A stretch of DNA of 63,844 nucleotides, filler included, from an uncultured Methanospirillum sp. (lineage in GTDB: Archaea > Halobacteriota > Methanomicrobia > Methanomicrobiales > Methanospirillaceae), in NCBI GenBank assembly GCA_964637135.1. It is 4 parts of 4 records of this genome, joined end to end, with 100 filler letters (N's around TTAATTAATTAA, not from the genome) between each part and the next. Parts side by side here need not be neighbours in the genome. Positions count along the whole stretch, not along the records: positions 22,194 to 41,410 come from CAZWTX010000038.1; 3 more parts are not named here. One strand, 5' to 3'. Shown here piece after piece: positions 31,248-41,363 of the stretch (positions are counted from its first letter, which is position 1; each line of letters opens with the position of its first letter). The notes below the pieces were generated by a model. The model was not told where the DNA came from and did no database searches. It worked only from the letters and a program-made list of their open reading frames with translations. The translations under genes and the position numbers were made by a program.

Positions 31248-32495
31248 ATGCGGTGTATCTCCTTCCTCGGTTCGGTCAAACCAGACAAGCGGCGGGTATG
31301 CCGGGCTGACCTCTGCATTGAGACCGACCTCGTACAGGAAGCGATATACCATCTCTACCATCCGGACGAGATTATCCTCTGCATATCTGACCCTGCATCT
31401 GCAGGCATCGCCGCCTCCCTGACCGCCCGCAGCGTTCCGGTCAGGATCGTCTGGATTCCCTCCGGGACCGATGAAGACCAGCTCTGGACAATATTCAGTC
31501 TCATCTGCAGCGAAGTATCACCCGGAGAGGAGATCCTCTTTGACATCACGAACGGCTGTCACTCCCTTCCGTTTCTTGCCTTCCTGATCGCATCGTACCT
31601 GAAGACGGTCAGCCAGGTAACCGTCACCGGGGTCATCTACCTTCCAGCTCCTGATGATCACGGCTTTTCCCGGTTTGTCAACCTGCTTCCCCTGATGTCT
31701 GTCCTCGACTGGATTGCCGGGGTCCGGGCACTCACCACGTACACCGATGCACGACCACTCCGGCTTCTCCTGTCCGGGCTCCAGGCCGGTCTCCACCGGA
31801 CACAGACAATCCCCGATCCGCCGACCCGGCTCTCCGGATGGGCACATCTCCTTGAGAATTTCTGCCATGCCGTCCGGCTCTCCCGGCCTATCGATGCCCT
31901 GTATGCAGCAGAAGGAATCGTATCAGGTCTTCCGGAGGTTTCCGGGGAACTGGATCGGGTTGCCCCGTCCCTCGTCCCGATACTCTCCTCCATTGACCCG
32001 CTCCGCCCCCTGGCATCGCCTCCCCCTGACCGCGAATGTAGTATTCCCTACCTTCGCAGCCAGCTTGCCCTCATCAGGTACCAGGTCACCAGCGGACTCT
32101 ACTTTCAGGCAGTCAGCCTCTCGCGTGAGGTACTTGTGTCAGGCGTGATGATCCTCACCGGTCATGCCGGGGAGTGGCTGGATGCCGACCTCAGGCACGA
32201 GATCTCGCGGACTCTGACGGGATCTGCCCTGGCCCGCCAGGGAAAATTGTTTGAAACAACCCCGCATTCCCATAAGGTCACCTCTCTTGCAGGATGGGAA
32301 GAAATGGTCACAATCTGGATCCGTGTCTCCGATCTCCGCAATGATCTTGCTCATTGCGGGATGAACCTCCGCGAAGAACGGGTGCAATCTCTTCTGAAGC
32401 GGGCTGCACGGATCCCGGAAGAGACCTGTGCATTCCTTGACTACTGCTCGGAAACCGTCCCGGGGACGGATGCAGGAATGAACGGATCAGCGTGA
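31248..32495 (+). CDS. TM1812/Csx1-like CRISPR-associated CARF-HEPN protein (orphan)
   Basis: N-terminal ISFLG, IPSG..E..LW.IF, FDITNGCHSLPF (DxTHG-type motif), C-terminal LRNDLAHCG (RxxxxH). Confidence 0.82.
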   Translation: MRCISFLGSVKPDKRRVCRADLCIETDLVQEAIYHLYHPDEIILCISDPASAGIAASLTARSVPVRIVWIPSGTDEDQLWTIFSLICSEVSPGEEILFDITNGCHSLPFLAFLIASYLKTVSQVTVTGVIYLPAPDDHGFSRFVNLLPLMSVLDWIAGVRALTTYTDARPLRLLLSGLQAGLHRTQTIPDPPTRLSGWAHLLENFCHAVRLSRPIDALYAAEGIVSGLPEVSGELDRVAPSLVPILSSIDPLRPLASPPPDRECSIPYLRSQLALIRYQVTSGLYFQAVSLSREVLVSGVMILTGHAGEWLDADLRHEISRTLTGSALARQGKLFETTPHSHKVTSLAGWEEMVTIWIRVSDLRNDLAHCGMNLREERVQSLLKRAARIPEETCAFLDYCSETVPGTDAGMNGSA

Positions 32496-34412
32496 TGGCT
32501 GCTGCTGGGTGGCACAGTGAAACGTGCCATACCCTTCAACCATCGCCCTCGCGTCGATACCGATCACATCCCGTCCCGGAAAGAGCCCGGAGAGGATGTC
32601 AAGGGCCTCCTTGTCACGCGGATCCCCGAATACCGGGACAATGACCACCCGGTTGCCGATGTAGAAGTTCAGGTACGTTGCCGGGTACCGCTCAAATCCG
32701 TCTGATACCGCCGATGGCATCGGGAGCCGGATCACGGTAAGGGGATTGCCGTCCTGATCTGTTGACGAACAGAGAATCTCGTAGTTCTCTCGAAGGGCAT
32801 GATGATTTTCATCAGATTCATGTTCTTCGAAGGCACAGACCACCGTCGTCGGATTGACAAACCGTGCGAGATCATCGATATGGCCGTCAGTATCATCCCC
32901 GGCTATCCCGTCGGAGAGCCAGATCACCTTTACCACCCCGAGATACTCTTCAAGATACTCCTCTATCTCATACATGGTGAGATGTGGGTTTCGGTTCTCG
33001 TTCAGGAGACAGGAACGGGTCGTGAGGAGGGTCCCCTTCCCGTTCACCTCAACCGACCCCCCTTCCAGAATAATTCCCGGTTCAAAGACCGGATCATCGA
33101 TCCATTGGCGCATGAACCCGGGAACCTCATGGTCGATGACGAGGCTGTCATACTTGTTCCCCCAGGCATTGAACCCCCACCTAACCATGGCCCGTTCCCG
33201 TGTTACTGAATTAACAACGAATATGGGGCCGTAGTCCCGGATCCAGACATCTGCATACAGACAGGTATGGATAGTCACTCCATCGTAGGGAATACCAGCC
33301 TGTTCAAGAAGGGAGAGAACATAGTGATGGATCTTCTCATTCGGCACAAGCAGATGTACCGGCTCTGACCGGCTTAATTCCATGATGAACCGGGCATACA
33401 CCTCCTCTACCTCGCAGAGCCGGGGAAACGTCATCGAATCATGGGGCCAAGAGATCCATACGGCTTCATGCATTTCCCATTCTGCCGGCATGCGATACCC
33501 GAGACTCCGGGGGGTGCCGGTTTGTTCAACTGCCACTGCCGGTCTGGTAAGACGAGCATAGGTATCCGGTCGCCGGTTCCGGAAGAATCCCCAGGCGTCC
33601 CTGATCTCCCGGTTCATGGAGAGGTTCAGCAAGGAATAGAGCACGGTTTCCTCCCTCCCGGCCTTGGAAAGGATTGTTCCGAATGCATCGCATACAAATG
33701 AACTTCCGAAAAAGGAGATAGAACCTTCGTTTCCGGTACGGTTCACTGCCGCCACATGGACGCTGTTGGCTATCGCATGGCTTCGCTGGATGATCTCCCA
33801 GGACTCACGCCAGTCGGCGTTCTCAGGAACAGAGTCATCGATCTGGCCAATAGCCGTCGGATAGAAGATGATATCAGCACCTTCAAGGGCTACCGCTCGG
33901 GCAGCTTCCGGGAACCACTGGTCATAACAGATGAGGACCGCGATGGTTGCATACGCCGTCCGACATACCTGAAAGCCTGTTCCCGGATGGAAATAGGACT
34001 TCTCCCAGAAGAGGGGATCGTGTGGGATATGCACCTTGTGATATGGTGGTTTCAGGCTCCCGTCGATATCGATCACCACGGCCGTGTTGAAAAACCGGCC
34101 ATCCGGGGCAGCTTCAAAGACCGGGACAATGATCACAACCCCGTACCTTTTGGCAAGGTCACTGAAGAGCCGGGTGGTGGGCCCGGGAACCGGTTCGGCC
34201 AGGGAACGGGTATCAGAACAGAACGCCCGGGGAAAATATTGGTACCTGAACAGTTCGGGAAGGCAGATGATCCGGGCACCATGCTCTGCTGCACCGGTGA
34301 CGAGGCGGGCAGCATTCTCAAGGTTTGCATCCGGATCGCTCCCGCACGACATCTGAACGAGAGCAATTAAAAGGGGTTCCCCGGCCATGCTTTCTGGTAA
34401 TCGTTCTGTCAT
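32487..34412 (-). CDS. Fused N-carbamoylputrescine amidase (nitrilase fold) and agmatine deiminase
   Basis: LPELF, YHKVHIP, ICYDQWFPEAAR, YPTAIG; then RMPAEWE, WIRDYGP, LEGGS, DDTDGHID, GTFHCATQQQP. Confidence 0.93.
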   Translation of the reverse strand: MTERLPESMAGEPLLIALVQMSCGSDPDANLENAARLVTGAAEHGARIICLPELFRYQYFPRAFCSDTRSLAEPVPGPTTRLFSDLAKRYGVVIIVPVFEAAPDGRFFNTAVVIDIDGSLKPPYHKVHIPHDPLFWEKSYFHPGTGFQVCRTAYATIAVLICYDQWFPEAARAVALEGADIIFYPTAIGQIDDSVPENADWRESWEIIQRSHAIANSVHVAAVNRTGNEGSISFFGSSFVCDAFGTILSKAGREETVLYSLLNLSMNREIRDAWGFFRNRRPDTYARLTRPAVAVEQTGTPRSLGYRMPAEWEMHEAVWISWPHDSMTFPRLCEVEEVYARFIMELSRSEPVHLLVPNEKIHHYVLSLLEQAGIPYDGVTIHTCLYADVWIRDYGPIFVVNSVTRERAMVRWGFNAWGNKYDSLVIDHEVPGFMRQWIDDPVFEPGIILEGGSVEVNGKGTLLTTRSCLLNENRNPHLTMYEIEEYLEEYLGVVKVIWLSDGIAGDDTDGHIDDLARFVNPTTVVCAFEEHESDENHHALRENYEILCSSTDQDGNPLTVIRLPMPSAVSDGFERYPATYLNFYIGNRVVIVPVFGDPRDKEALDILSGLFPGRDVIGIDARAMVEGYGTFHCATQQQPSR

Positions 34413-35552
34413 CTATAATTCTTTCTCCCGTTGGTTTGATCCATACCAGCGGGATCTTCCGCGGTGATCATGCTGGTGATGAAGATCCGGTTTATGGGGG
34501 TGGGCATGGGTCAGCTCGGCATGGGTATGGAGATGGGCATGGTCTCCTGAGGAAGACAGCGGAGGCAGTGATGCCGGGTGTTCATGCTCGTGGTGGCTGT
34601 CCGGGTGCCGGTGCCGGTGATCATGAACCATCGGCGGGTGGTAATGAAGGTGATCATGCCGCTCCGAGAGAAGAAGCCAGGTTCCGAGGATCATGATCCC
34701 AAATGCAGGAACAAATTGCAGGCCGGGTATCTCCCTGAACAGGATGAACGAGATGATAACACCAAAGAATGGGGAGAGGGCTAGAAAAAGTCCGGTTCTG
34801 GCCGTTCCAAGGGAACGGAGTGCAATGAGAAAGAACACACTCGCGATACCACCGAAACTGAAGAACCCAACCGTGAGATAGACGGGAATGAGCGAAAGGG
34901 CTGGGATATGCTCGCCGAGGAGCAAGGCAACCAGGAGCGTGACCAAACCTGCTGAAAAACCCTTCACGAATATCACCACAAGGGGATCCTTCCCAGAGAC
35001 CCTCCGGCTGATATTGTTATCAAACGCCCAGAACGTACAGGCAACGAGGATACCCACGGCTCCCGCCGAGATTAGAACGGCGCCAGATGGTTCGTAACTG
35101 AGAATGATACACGAACCGGCAATGAACAACATCGCTGTCCAGATCTGACGCCCGACTGCCTCTCTGAAGAGGAAGAATGCCACAAGGGTGGTTGCCACCG
35201 GTTCAAAATTCAGAAGAAGAGCACCGGTTGCTGCAGGGGTCACGGTCATGGAGAACGTCAGGACAACCGGGGCAAGTATCCCCCCGAACAGGGCCATCCC
35301 GGCAAGGGCAGGAATATCATGCCTGTCCAGGGGTGCTTCACGCTGAACCGGCCCGGAGAGAAGTCTTCGTGCAACAATCATGAGAAAAATCCCGATACCA
35401 CTTCCCAGGTAGAAAAGCGCTGCCACCATGACCGGCTCAACCGGACCAAGCATGAACTTGGTCATGGGAGCACAGCTTCCAAAGAAGATCGCCGAAAGAA
35501 TTGCAAAGCAGATCGGAATATGGGGGCGGATCCGGTGTTTCAGGGTGTACAT
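34413..35552 (-). CDS. EamA/DMT family transporter with histidine-rich C-terminal tail
   Basis: LLLNFEPVAT..FREAV, LGTART; tail HDHLHYH...HDHRHRHPDSHHEHEH...HAHPHKPDLHHQHDH. Confidence 0.9.
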   Translation of the reverse strand: MYTLKHRIRPHIPICFAILSAIFFGSCAPMTKFMLGPVEPVMVAALFYLGSGIGIFLMIVARRLLSGPVQREAPLDRHDIPALAGMALFGGILAPVVLTFSMTVTPAATGALLLNFEPVATTLVAFFLFREAVGRQIWTAMLFIAGSCIILSYEPSGAVLISAGAVGILVACTFWAFDNNISRRVSGKDPLVVIFVKGFSAGLVTLLVALLLGEHIPALSLIPVYLTVGFFSFGGIASVFFLIALRSLGTARTGLFLALSPFFGVIISFILFREIPGLQFVPAFGIMILGTWLLLSERHDHLHYHPPMVHDHRHRHPDSHHEHEHPASLPPLSSSGDHAHLHTHAELTHAHPHKPDLHHQHDHRGRSRWYGSNQREKEL

Positions 35553-35626
35553 GTCAATCCCGCGTTGTACAGGTACAATCCTTCATCGCCTGTACATGAA
35601 TGTCCAGTACTATTGAATCCGGTACA
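35546..35626. promoter_or_regulatory. Cluster of GTAC/TGTACA boxes upstream of the DMT gene
   Basis: GTAC at 35547, 35567, 35573, 35592, 35607, 35622; three are perfect TGTACA. Confidence 0.5.
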
Positions 35627-35655
35627 CATTAACGGGATCTAAAAAAAAGGGAGAA

Positions 35656-36486
35656 TTATTCCAGTTTGTACTTCTGAATGAGATCCTGCCATTCGGGGGA
35701 ACTCATCAGGTTGTCAAGACCAGCATTGAGTTTCTCAAGAAGTGCGGTATCTGTCTTCCGGACGGCAATACCAAACTGCTCGTTCGTCTCGATGACACCG
35801 ATCTTCTGGACCGGTTTGCCTGCGATGATGTCATTCATCACTGTGCTGTCATAGATAACTGCATCGGTTCTTCCATTGACAAGATCCTCAACGGCAAGCG
35901 GTGCATTATCATAGAGTTTCAGGCTGTCGCCGGACATGAGGGTCGTATTGATTAGGTTCTCCTCTACCCAAATCGCAGCAGTGCATCCGCGCTGTGTTCC
36001 AATAGTCACGTTTCCGGTTTTTACCTCGTCAAGCGTGACCGGAGAGCCCTCTTTCGTCACAACGGTCTGGTTCACCGTCCAGTACGGCTTTGAGAAGTTC
36101 ACTTTCTCTTTCCGTTCGTCGGTGATGGTCATCCCGGCATACACCAGATCGATCTTGTTTGCATTCAGGGCAGGGATGATTCCGTCCCAGGCAATCGGAT
36201 GGAACTCCACATCATATCCCTGATTAGTGGCGATCCATCTCATGGACTCCACGTCAAACCCGGTTGCCTCACCTTTCTCACTCATGAATGAGAACGGGGG
36301 GTAGACCGCATCAATACCGACACGTAGCAGTTGTTTCTCTCCACCGGCCGTACCGGCAGCTGTAGCTGCATCAGGTCCGGTGGTTCCGGATTCTCCTGGT
36401 GCAGACTGATTCTGGGTGGTACATCCCGCAAAAAGAAGAAGGAAGACCAGTCCCAGGCAGGCCAGAGATACCATCAGTCTCTTCAT
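35656..36486 (-). CDS. Polar amino acid ABC transporter substrate-binding lipoprotein
   Basis: LFAGC lipobox, YPPFS, GFDVE, WDGIIPALNA.KID; start at MKRLM. Confidence 0.92.
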   Translation of the reverse strand: MKRLMVSLACLGLVFLLLFAGCTTQNQSAPGESGTTGPDAATAAGTAGGEKQLLRVGIDAVYPPFSFMSEKGEATGFDVESMRWIATNQGYDVEFHPIAWDGIIPALNANKIDLVYAGMTITDERKEKVNFSKPYWTVNQTVVTKEGSPVTLDEVKTGNVTIGTQRGCTAAIWVEENLINTTLMSGDSLKLYDNAPLAVEDLVNGRTDAVIYDSTVMNDIIAGKPVQKIGVIETNEQFGIAVRKTDTALLEKLNAGLDNLMSSPEWQDLIQKYKLE

Positions 36487-36647
36487 CAGGATCTCCTTTG
36501 GCAGCGGTGATTGATATGTATTGGGATATGATCCGGCTGGGAGTATAAAAAGCACTAATCCGTGAATGGTAGCATAAAAACCATTCATCTCTGACCCGTG
36601 ACTGAACCAGATCATAATCCATAAGTGAGTCTGAAGGAAACACATTC

Positions 36648-37484
36648 ATGATGGATCAGAAGACCGTACTGGTATTACTCGTAATAATGGCATTATGCGG
36701 GGTATTCATCTCAGGATGTACCCAGCAGGCCACCGAGCCCGTATCCCCTGCAGAAGAGACCGCAGCTGACCAGGGAACCGGAGCGTCCGCTGATATTGCC
36801 GAAAAACCAACATACATTGTCGGAATTGACGGTGAATATCCACCCTACAGTTACGTTGAGAAAGATGGATCGACGAAAGGATTCGATGTCGAATCGATCC
36901 AGTGGATCGCCGAACAGAAGGGCTTTGAAGTAAAGATTCAGCCAATGGCATGGGACGGAATCATTCCGGCACTGAATGCAGGAAAGATAGATATGGTCTA
37001 CTCCGGGATGACCATTACTCCCGAACGGCTTGAACAGGTCAACTTCTCAAAACCATACCTGAAGATCAACCAGTCGGTCGCAAAACACAACGATTCACCC
37101 CTGACATTTGAGGATTTCAAGGCTGGAAAAGGGAAGGTAGGAGCCCAGCGGGGTACCACCGGTGCATTCTGGGTCGAGGAGAACCTCGTCAATGCAAGCC
37201 TGATGGGACCAGATATGCTTGTGACCTATGACAACTTCCCGCTGGTAGCCACCGACCTCCAGAACAAGCGGCTTGACTTTGCCATATACGACCGTCCGCC
37301 AATGGTCGATGCGATTGAAGGGAAACCTATCAGTATCATCGGTGAGATCGATACCGGCGAGGATTACGGAGTAGCCATCAGGAAAGAAGATACCAAACTG
37401 CTTGAGACGATTAACGAGGGATTGGACCTGCTGATGCAGTCTCCCAAATGGGAAGAACTCAGGCAGAAATATGAGATGGAATAA
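36648..37484 (+). CDS. Polar amino acid ABC transporter substrate-binding lipoprotein (paralog)
   Basis: ISGC lipobox, YPPYS, WDGIIPALNAGKID, QRGTTG. Confidence 0.93.
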   Translation: MMDQKTVLVLLVIMALCGVFISGCTQQATEPVSPAEETAADQGTGASADIAEKPTYIVGIDGEYPPYSYVEKDGSTKGFDVESIQWIAEQKGFEVKIQPMAWDGIIPALNAGKIDMVYSGMTITPERLEQVNFSKPYLKINQSVAKHNDSPLTFEDFKAGKGKVGAQRGTTGAFWVEENLVNASLMGPDMLVTYDNFPLVATDLQNKRLDFAIYDRPPMVDAIEGKPISIIGEIDTGEDYGVAIRKEDTKLLETINEGLDLLMQSPKWEELRQKYEME

Positions 37485-37583
37485 ATTACTTCATCTTTTC
37501 CCGTCCACTTTATTCAGAACCGTTTCATGCTGTATGTTTTTGAGGGTGCATCCCGGTTGATACCGTCAGTGGAGGACCGGTAA

Positions 37584-38258
37584 ATGGATGCCATTACAAT
37601 TCTCGTTGAGTGGTTTCCATATCTCCTCGACGGAATATTCGTGACGATCGGTCTCGTCGCGGCAGCTCTTCTGATCGGCGTGGTCTTCGGTCTGCCGATG
37701 GCACTCGGGCAGATTTACGGAAAACTATACCTCAGGTCCATAATCGGCGTGTATGTATGGTTTTTCCGGGGACTGCCTGTCCTCGTGCTCCTGTTTCTCT
37801 TCTATTTCGGAATCTTCCCCGCACTGAATCTTGACATGCCGGCATTCTTCGTCGGTGCAGTAGTCCTTGGCCTGCGTGGTGCTGCATACCAGTCACAGAT
37901 CTTCCGGGGGGCAATCCAGTCAATATCAGAAGGACAGATGACAGCAGCCAGGTCCCTCGGGATGAGCAGATTCCAGGCAATCCGCACGATCATTCTCCCG
38001 CAGGCGATGAGGATCGCTCTGCCGGGATGGTCAAATGAATACCCCGAGATTCTCACGGAATCCTCGGTCTGCTATGCAATCGGTGTTGCCGAGCTGGCAA
38101 CCCGGTCTTCGCAGATCGTTTCGCAGACCTATGTCACGATGCCCATATACATCGCCTGTGCGTTGATCTTCATTCTGCTCAGTTATATCGGAACAGAAGC
38201 GATACACCAGCTGGAAAAGAAGATAGAAATCCCGGGATTCGGACCAGGAAAGGCCTAA
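37584..38258 (+). CDS. Amino acid ABC transporter permease
   Basis: FFRGLPVLV, GQMTAARSLGM, ILPQAMR. Confidence 0.93.
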   Translation: MDAITILVEWFPYLLDGIFVTIGLVAAALLIGVVFGLPMALGQIYGKLYLRSIIGVYVWFFRGLPVLVLLFLFYFGIFPALNLDMPAFFVGAVVLGLRGAAYQSQIFRGAIQSISEGQMTAARSLGMSRFQAIRTIILPQAMRIALPGWSNEYPEILTESSVCYAIGVAELATRSSQIVSQTYVTMPIYIACALIFILLSYIGTEAIHQLEKKIEIPGFGPGKA

Positions 38259-38261
38259 ACC

Positions 38262-39008
38262 ATGTCAGAAAGTGAATATATCCTGCGAATAGAAGATGTG
38301 CACAAGTCATTCGGAACAACCGAGGTTCTCAAGGGAGTTTCTTTCAACGTCAGGAAAGGGGAGACGATCTGTTTCATCGGCCCGTCAGGGACCGGGAAGA
38401 GTACTCTTCTCAGGTGTATCAACCAACTGACCATCCCTGACCGGGGCCGTATCTTCCTGCATGACGAGGAAGTAACCCATGCCGGATCCCGGATCAACTA
38501 CTTCAGGCAGCGGATCGGGATGGTTTTCCAGAACTTCTACCTCTTTGATCACCTGACAGCAGTCCGGAACGTGGAAATCGCCCTGATCAAGGTGAAAGGC
38601 ATGAAGCCAAAAGAAGCCAGGGAGAAGGCCATGTACGAACTGAACCAGGTCGGCATGGCCGACTGGGCCGATCACTTCCCTGCCGAAATTTCTGGCGGGC
38701 AGGCACAGCGGGTTTCCATCGCACGGGCCCTGGCGATGGATCCTGACGTGATGCTCTTTGACGAACCGACCAGTGCCCTCGATCCGGAGCTGACCAGGGA
38801 GGTCCTTGAAGTCATGAAGAAACTTGCCCAGCAGGGGATGACCATGCTGGTCGTGACCCATGAGATGGGATTTGCATGCTCGGTTGCAAACCAGATCTGT
38901 TTCATGGAACATGGCGTCATCAAGGAGCAGGGAAAACCGTTTGACCTAATGAATGATCCCCGGTTTGAACGCTGTAAAGCGTTCATCGGGCAATTCAGGG
39001 ATTTTTAG
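38262..39008 (+). CDS. Amino acid ABC transporter ATP-binding protein
   Basis: [33 protein letters not shown]. Confidence 0.96.
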   Translation: MSESEYILRIEDVHKSFGTTEVLKGVSFNVRKGETICFIGPSGTGKSTLLRCINQLTIPDRGRIFLHDEEVTHAGSRINYFRQRIGMVFQNFYLFDHLTAVRNVEIALIKVKGMKPKEAREKAMYELNQVGMADWADHFPAEISGGQAQRVSIARALAMDPDVMLFDEPTSALDPELTREVLEVMKKLAQQGMTMLVVTHEMGFACSVANQICFMEHGVIKEQGKPFDLMNDPRFERCKAFIGQFRDF

Positions 39009-39016
39009 GAGGGAAA

Positions 39017-39673
39017 GTGGATCAGATAGCCTTCCTGATGAACGTGATGCTTCCGGCTTTTACAAACGGGACGATTGTGACGCTGGAACTGATCACCGTT
39101 ACCGCACCTGTCGGGTTTCTTCTCGGGATAGCGATCGCCTGTCTCCGCGTATACGGGGGATATGGACTCGGAAGCCTCTGCAAGGCATACACGGTCTTCT
39201 TCAAAGGATGTCCACTCCTGCTCCTCCTGTTCATTCTCTACTTCGGACTCCCGTCTGTCGGAATCACATTAAGCCCGTTTGTAGCATCAGTAATTGGGTT
39301 TATTTTCTGTAACAGTGCCTACAATTCCGAGTATATACGGGGGGCAATTCTTTCGGTCAAAGAAGGACAACTCACTGCAGCCAAGGCCCTCGGGATGACG
39401 AAAAATCAGGCTATCCGGCATATCGTGCTCCCCCAAGCGCTGCGACGAGCCATCCCGGGAATATCCAATGAATTCATCTACCTGATCAAGTACTCTTCCC
39501 TTGCCTATATGATCACGGTAATTGAACTGACCGGGGCAGGAAAACTGATAGCCTCCAAGTATTTCGCCTATAATGAAGTCTTTTTCGCGGTGGCAGTGGT
39601 GTACCTGGTTCTCGTGACCATCACTACCTTCGGGGCAAATCTCCTTGAGAAGAAAGTCAGGATCCCGGGGTAA
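39017..39673 (+). CDS. Amino acid ABC transporter permease
   Basis: FFKGCPLL, GQLTAAKALGM, VLPQALRR. Confidence 0.93.
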   Translation: MDQIAFLMNVMLPAFTNGTIVTLELITVTAPVGFLLGIAIACLRVYGGYGLGSLCKAYTVFFKGCPLLLLLFILYFGLPSVGITLSPFVASVIGFIFCNSAYNSEYIRGAILSVKEGQLTAAKALGMTKNQAIRHIVLPQALRRAIPGISNEFIYLIKYSSLAYMITVIELTGAGKLIASKYFAYNEVFFAVAVVYLVLVTITTFGANLLEKKVRIPG

Positions 39674-39920
39674 CAAACGGGAACGCAATTAGGGATTGGT
39701 CTCAGAAATCCCCATTATTTTTGATATATTGTCCATTTTGCCGTAATTCTTTTGTTTTTCAGAAACGCATGGCAAATGTTTATCCTTACAATTGTGAATT
39801 GACTTGCAGGGATGTATCTTCTCAGGAATGAAGGTGCCAATCCCCCCTCCTTACCAGTTCTTCAGATTCTATTCATGAATCCGTAGTACTCGGTAACGGA
39901 TTATCGAAGAGGTGAATACC

Positions 39921-40298
39921 ATGATCGAACCGATGTCAGCCGTACACAGCGAAACGGTTCCCCGCTGGACCATCAATGATCCACGGGCAGATTTCTATCT
40001 TCATCAGGCAAATGAACTGATGCTTCATGGAGAACAGGAGAAAGCACTTGCCTTTTATGACAAGGCCTTATCATATCAGCCGGATTTTGGTGAAGTATTT
40101 CACCAGAAAGGAAACCTGCTCGACCAGATGGGGAGGTTTTCTGAGGCAATAACCTGTTATAACTCTGCTCTGGAATGCGATCCCGGAAACGCAGAGATTT
40201 GGTATAACAAGGGAATCAGCCTCAGGAAAACCGGATGCGATGACGAATCACATGAATGCATCCACCGCAGTCTCTCTATTGCCATGGGAGAACTGTAA
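39921..40298 (+). CDS. TPR repeat protein
   Basis: ALAFYDKAL..P, KGNLL..MGRFSEAI.CY..AL..DP.NAEIWYNKG; GAGGTGA RBS. Confidence 0.85.
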   Translation: MIEPMSAVHSETVPRWTINDPRADFYLHQANELMLHGEQEKALAFYDKALSYQPDFGEVFHQKGNLLDQMGRFSEAITCYNSALECDPGNAEIWYNKGISLRKTGCDDESHECIHRSLSIAMGEL

Positions 40299-40585
40299 CC
40301 CCCCATTTTTCGCAATACCTGCCCCCGTAGTCCCTATCGCATTTTAAATATAAAATAATATCTGTTGCCCAGATTATTCATGATTATTCCTTCCAAAACT
40401 GAATTCTGATACAGATACCGAATTTTCCGGATAAACCTCTCAACACCGGTTGCCATGATCTGCATACCGGCCTGGAATTACCAGATAAACCAAGGTGATT
40501 CCAAGACGGGTACGACGGATACAATTCATAGAATAGACATTTTTTCTGCAAAGGGACGCCATTACCGTGAACCTGGCGATGGACC

Positions 40586-41245
40586 TCAACGGGTACTGCG
40601 AAGCAGTATGGACACCAGTTCTTCCGGCATGGAGGCCATGGGGAGATGAGATGAAGGGAGTTCATATATTTCCCATCTCCCTCTCTCTGTAGAGATTTTT
40701 TCTTTGACGAGAGAAGTAACCGGAAGAAATAAACTCTCTGTACAGAGCAGGTACGTCCGGGGTATATTTCTGATAACCCAGGGATCATACGCAATTTTCT
40801 GGACATACGGAGAAGCAGGTTCCAGTCCGGGTACGAATGCAGGATCCATTCCTCCCCGCCGAATCAGATCAAAGAGCGACTGACCGGGATCAGGATATGC
40901 GGCATCGATATACACCAGGCGGTGAATACGTTCCGGAACGGCTGCAGCAACTCCGGTTATGATCATCCCGCCATAACTATGCCCGGTAAGAATGACCTGG
41001 CAGAGATGCTTTTCCCTGATAAGGTCTGTTATTGCAGTGATATGATCAGTAAGATCGGCAGAATGTTCATCTGCAAGTGTCGGAGCATACACCTGGTGGC
41101 CTCCGGCTTCAAGCAGGGTTTTCACGGGATTCCAGCATTCGCCTCCCAGTTTCTGTCCTTCCGAAAAAGAATACCGGTCTGTTTCACGGTTCCAGGTCTC
41201 CGCCGAGATCGATCCCCCATGGACAAAAACGAATATCACGAGCAT
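40586..41245 (-). CDS. Alpha/beta hydrolase (esterase-like)
   Basis: FVFVHG, GHSYGGM nucleophile elbow, LVYIDA, SHLPM. Confidence 0.88.
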   Translation of the reverse strand: MLVIFVFVHGGSISAETWNRETDRYSFSEGQKLGGECWNPVKTLLEAGGHQVYAPTLADEHSADLTDHITAITDLIREKHLCQVILTGHSYGGMIITGVAAAVPERIHRLVYIDAAYPDPGQSLFDLIRRGGMDPAFVPGLEPASPYVQKIAYDPWVIRNIPRTYLLCTESLFLPVTSLVKEKISTERGRWEIYELPSSHLPMASMPEELVSILLRSTR

Positions 41246-41261
41246 CAACTCGTTGTCTGAA

Positions 41262-41335
41262 TGCTGATATGGGGATTTGAACCCCAGTCGCAGGAGTGAG
41301 AGTCCTGCATGATTGACCGTCTACACTATATCAGC
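41262..41335 (-). tRNA. tRNA-Glu (CTC)
   Basis: Acceptor stem GCTGATA/TATCAGC-A, anticodon arm CAGGA-CTCTCAC-TCCTG, T arm TGGGG-TTCAAAT-CCCCA; no encoded CCA. Confidence 0.95.
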
Positions 41336-41363
41336 ACAGTTACACTAAAACAGTCTTACATTA

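Noticed and set aside
39790..39905. Riboswitch in the TPR gene leader
   Set aside because: Only a 7-bp hairpin (AATCCGT/ACGGATT); no match to a riboswitch consensus I recognise
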